Positions 27,498-32,000 of a stretch of DNA of 32,000 nucleotides are shown here, one piece after another. This DNA comes from Thermithiobacillus tepidarius DSM 3134 (lineage in GTDB: Bacteria; Pseudomonadota; Gammaproteobacteria; Acidithiobacillales; Thermithiobacillaceae), in the NCBI RefSeq assembly GCF_048300925.1, contig NZ_CP133759.1, one strand, 5' to 3'. The position numbers and the translations under genes were made by a program. The notes under the pieces are model-generated. The model worked only from the letters and a program-made list of their open reading frames with translations. It was not told the DNA's origin and ran no database searches. Within the stretch, counting starts at the first letter, position 1; each line of letters opens with the position of its first letter.

Positions 27498-28027
27498 GGT
27501 TGCACCGCCCACATTGCGCTCAGGACGAAACGAACCGGCTTCTCCGGGCTTTCCCGCTGCACCTGATGGTTGAGCAGGTACACCCGGGACAAGGCGATCT
27601 GCTGGTCGAGCCGCTGCATGTAGCCGAGCACCGCCGCCAGGTCCTTGGCCTCGCCGCTGATCTTGACCAGCCGCTTTTTGGCGTTCGGCTCGATGCCGAC
27701 CAGCGCCACCTGCTCGTTCGTGGCGTCCTCGACGGCACGGAACAGCGCATCCCACGGCAGGCCGAGCTGCTGCAGCACCTCGTTGGCGCGCCTGATCTCG
27801 GGCTGCAGGTGCTTGGCATCCGCCGTATTCCTGGCGCTCAGTCCGGGTTTGAGCGCGCCCGCATGCTGCAGGCGGGCAAGCTTGGCCTGCCAGAAGCCGA
27901 CCTCCTGCCGGACCTCCCGATAGCTGTCCAGTGCCGACCAGACCCAGGCCGCGCCGGCGAGCAGCAGCACCATGCCGAGCTTCCGACTGCCAACGTTCTG
28001 TTGAAAATCAAGGGCGAGTCGACGCAT
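27494..28027 (-). CDS. PilN-like (Fimbrial_assembly-type) inner membrane platform protein
   Basis: Start MRRLALDFQQNVGSRKLGMVLLLAGAAWVW (28027); single TM, coiled coil and 'ATNEQVALVGIEPNAKKRLVKISGEAKDLAAVLGYMQRL'. Confidence 0.65.
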   Translation of the reverse strand: MRRLALDFQQNVGSRKLGMVLLLAGAAWVWSALDSYREVRQEVGFWQAKLARLQHAGALKPGLSARNTADAKHLQPEIRRANEVLQQLGLPWDALFRAVEDATNEQVALVGIEPNAKKRLVKISGEAKDLAAVLGYMQRLDQQIALSRVYLLNHQVQRESPEKPVRFVLSAMWAVQP

Positions 28028-28837
28028 CAGTGATCTCCGCTCATGGCCATCGCATAGGCCCCATCCTGCATCGGCAGGAGGCCCCGCCGAGCGGGCCAGG
28101 CAAGGGTATGCAGCGACCAGGGGCTGTCGGCGGGGAAGCGGGGTGCCGGATGCTCCGGCGCGTGCAGGTAAACGTTGCCCGATGCGGGCAGCTCGGTCAT
28201 CGCGTGCGCCTGCTCCAAGAGGATGGGCAACTGCGCATCCAGGCCGCCCGCAAGCGACCGGCTGCGGATGTGCTGCCACTGGCCGTGGTGCAGCAGGGCC
28301 AGGCACAGCCGGTCGCGCTCGGCGAGCGCGAACCAGGCGGTCTGCCCTTTGAGCTGCCGCCGCCATTGGTTGAAGGCGGCCATCAGGTAAGGCTGCACCG
28401 ACTGCAGGCGCAGCCGGGCGGGCTTGGCGAGCGCCCGCAGGCCGTCCAGCAGGCCCTTGTCCACGGCGCAGGTCATGCTCGGTGCGCCCTTGCCTGCCGT
28501 GCTCCAGCGCATGGTCCACTGGGTCACCCGGTCGCCATAGACTTTGGCAAAGCTGTGGCGCACCAAGGCTTCTTGTTCCTGAGGGCTGTGCAGCGCCCCG
28601 CTCCACGGCACCAGGCCGTAGCGAACGAGACCGCTGGACAGCACGACGCGGGCTTCCGCCCTTTGCCACTCCGCCTGGCTCAAAGCGCAGGCCAGCGCTT
28701 CCAGTGCGGCGCGCCAAGGGGCGTCGCCCGCAGGCGCCGGGCACTCGATGATCTGCTTTGCCGCCACGCGCGGGCGCAGGCCGCCGCGCAGGCGCACGAG
28801 GGTCAGCCGCTCGGAGGCCAGGCTGATGCGAATCTGG

Positions 28838-28857
<20 letters not shown>
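28027..28857 (-). CDS. PilM/GspL-like cytoplasmic platform protein (divergent)
   Basis: GTG 28857 gives (M)LPSFLDQIRISLASERLTLVRLRGG...; located between gspE and the pilN-like gene with 4-nt overlap; assigned largely by position. Confidence 0.5.
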
Positions 28858-30534
<1,677 letters not shown>

Positions 30535-30538
<4 letters not shown>

Positions 30539-31722
30539 TGAATGCTCCCGGCCAGTTCAAAGATGGGCAGGTACATCAGCACGACCACGGTGCCGATCAC
30601 GACGCCGATCACGGCCATCAACAAGGGCTCGAAAAGCTTGGTGAACCAGTCGACCCAGCGCGCCATCTCCTCGTCGTAAAAAGCGGCGATGCGCTCCATC
30701 ATCTCGCCCATCTGGCCGGTGCGCTCGCCGACGCGGAGCATGCGCAGCGCCACCGGCGTAGTGAGTTGGTGCGCCTCCATGGCCTGGGACAGCGACTGAC
30801 CTTCACGGATCCGCTGGCCGGCGGACTGCAGATGGGCGCGCAGGGTCGGATGCAGCAGGCCGGCCGCCATGTCCAGGCCAGTGACGATGGGGATCCCGCC
30901 GCGCAGCAGCATGCCCAGGGTGCGGTAGAAGCGTGCCAGCTGATAGATGCGCATGCGCTCGCCCACGGCCGGGATCTGCCAGAGCTGCTGCCCGATCCGG
31001 GCGCGGACGGCGCTGCGGGTCAGGCCATAGCCCAGGCCCGCCAAGCTCAGCCCCAGGCCCAGGAAGACCGTGCCGCCATGGGCTTCCAGCAGCTGCCCCC
31101 ACTCCATCAGCAGCCGGGACATCAGCGGCAGGTCACCGCTCATGTCCTCGTAGATGTGGCTGAACTTGGGCACGACGTAGACCAGCAGAAACAGCGTGAC
31201 CAGGCCGCCGGCGCCGATGAGCAGCAGCGGATAGATGGACGCGCTCACCAGCTTCTTGCGCACCACGTCGAGCTGCGCCTGATAGGCCACGTAGCGGGAC
31301 AGCGCCTCGGGCAGATCGCCGGTCTGCTCGCTGGCGCGGGTGCTGGCCACGTAGAGTGGCGGAAAGGCATCCGGGAACTGCTGCAGGGCGGCGGACAACG
31401 TCTGTCCCTCGTAGAGCGCCTGCAGCAGCTGGTTGAGCAGCTTCCGGGTCTCGGCACGCTGCTCTTTCTCGGCCAGGGTCTCCAGCGCCTCCACCAGCGC
31501 CAAGCCGGCCTCCAGCAGGGCCAGCAGCTCCTGGCTGAAAAGCACCAGCGGGAAGCGCTGGCGGCGAGTGAGGCCGGACCAGGATGCCCGCGGCTTGACG
31601 GCCAGCACCGCCAAGCCCTGCGCGGTCATCTGCCGCGCCGCGCTCTCCGCATCGGCGGCCTCGCAGACGAGGGAAACCACCCCGCCGGGCTCGCGCAGGG
31701 CACGGATCTCGAACTGGGCCAT
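30535..31722 (-). CDS. gspF: Type II secretion system inner membrane protein GspF
   Basis: Start MAQFEIRALREPGG (31722); 'LVLFSQELLALLEAGLALVEALETLAEKE', 'LGMLLRGGIPIVTGLDMAA', 'FEPLLMAVIGVVIGTVVVLMYLPIFELAGSIQ'. Confidence 0.94.
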
Positions 31723-31727
31723 GGGAA

Positions 31728-32000
31728 TTACCAGTTGGTGATGTCCGCGGCTTCGCCGCTGCCGCCGGGCTGGCCGTCCTTGCCGTAGGACAGCAGATCG
31801 AAATCGCCGTGGGCACCGGGCTGTTGGTAGACATAGGGCTGTCCCCAGGGATCGTTGGGAATCGCCTTTTTCAGGTAGGGACCGGCCCATTTGGCCTCGT
31901 CGGCCGGGCGGGCATTGAGGGCGGCCAATCCCTGCTCCGTACTCGGGTAGCGGCCCGTGTCCACGCGGTACTGCTCCAAGGCCTTCTCCAGCGCATCGAT
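31728..32000 (-). CDS. gspG: Type II secretion system major pseudopilin GspG, 5' end beyond window
   Basis: 'QYRVDTGRYPSTEQGLAALNARPADEAKWAGPYLKKAIPNDPWGQPYVYQQPGAHGDFDLLSYGKDGQPGGSGEAADITNW', the canonical GspG C-terminus. Confidence 0.95.
   Translation of the reverse strand: MDALEKALEQYRVDTGRYPSTEQGLAALNARPADEAKWAGPYLKKAIPNDPWGQPYVYQQPGAHGDFDLLSYGKDGQPGGSGEAADITNW

Overview
This is a high-GC, gammaproteobacterial-like chromosomal window. Almost all coding is on the minus strand, and most of it is conserved housekeeping synteny: a KDO-transferase-like fragment, DUF374 acyltransferase, exbD/exbB, comEC, DUF2062 (+ strand), lolD/lolC, lysS, prfB (with a programmed +1 frameshift), recJ, a small cytochrome c, an RpfE/apgM-like protein, thrC, hom, alaC, a Mth938/DUF498 protein (+), rpoS, nlpD, pcm, surE, a nitroreductase, and a secreted beta-propeller of virginiamycin-B-lyase type. 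The last 9 kb is a tightly coupled operon of a hybrid type II secretion / type IV pilus-like system (GspG, GspF, GspE, PilM/N/O-like, PilP/GspC-like, lipoprotein secretin with TPR-like N-terminus, three further pseudopilins). Best leads: (1) this non-canonical secretion cluster, including a pseudopilin lacking Glu5, next to a secreted 7-bladed propeller; (2) a ComEC whose C-terminal metallo-beta-lactamase-like domain appears to have lost its metal-binding motifs. I see no CRISPR array, tRNA/rRNA, prophage or transposase. Assignments rest on motif recognition by eye, not database searches.
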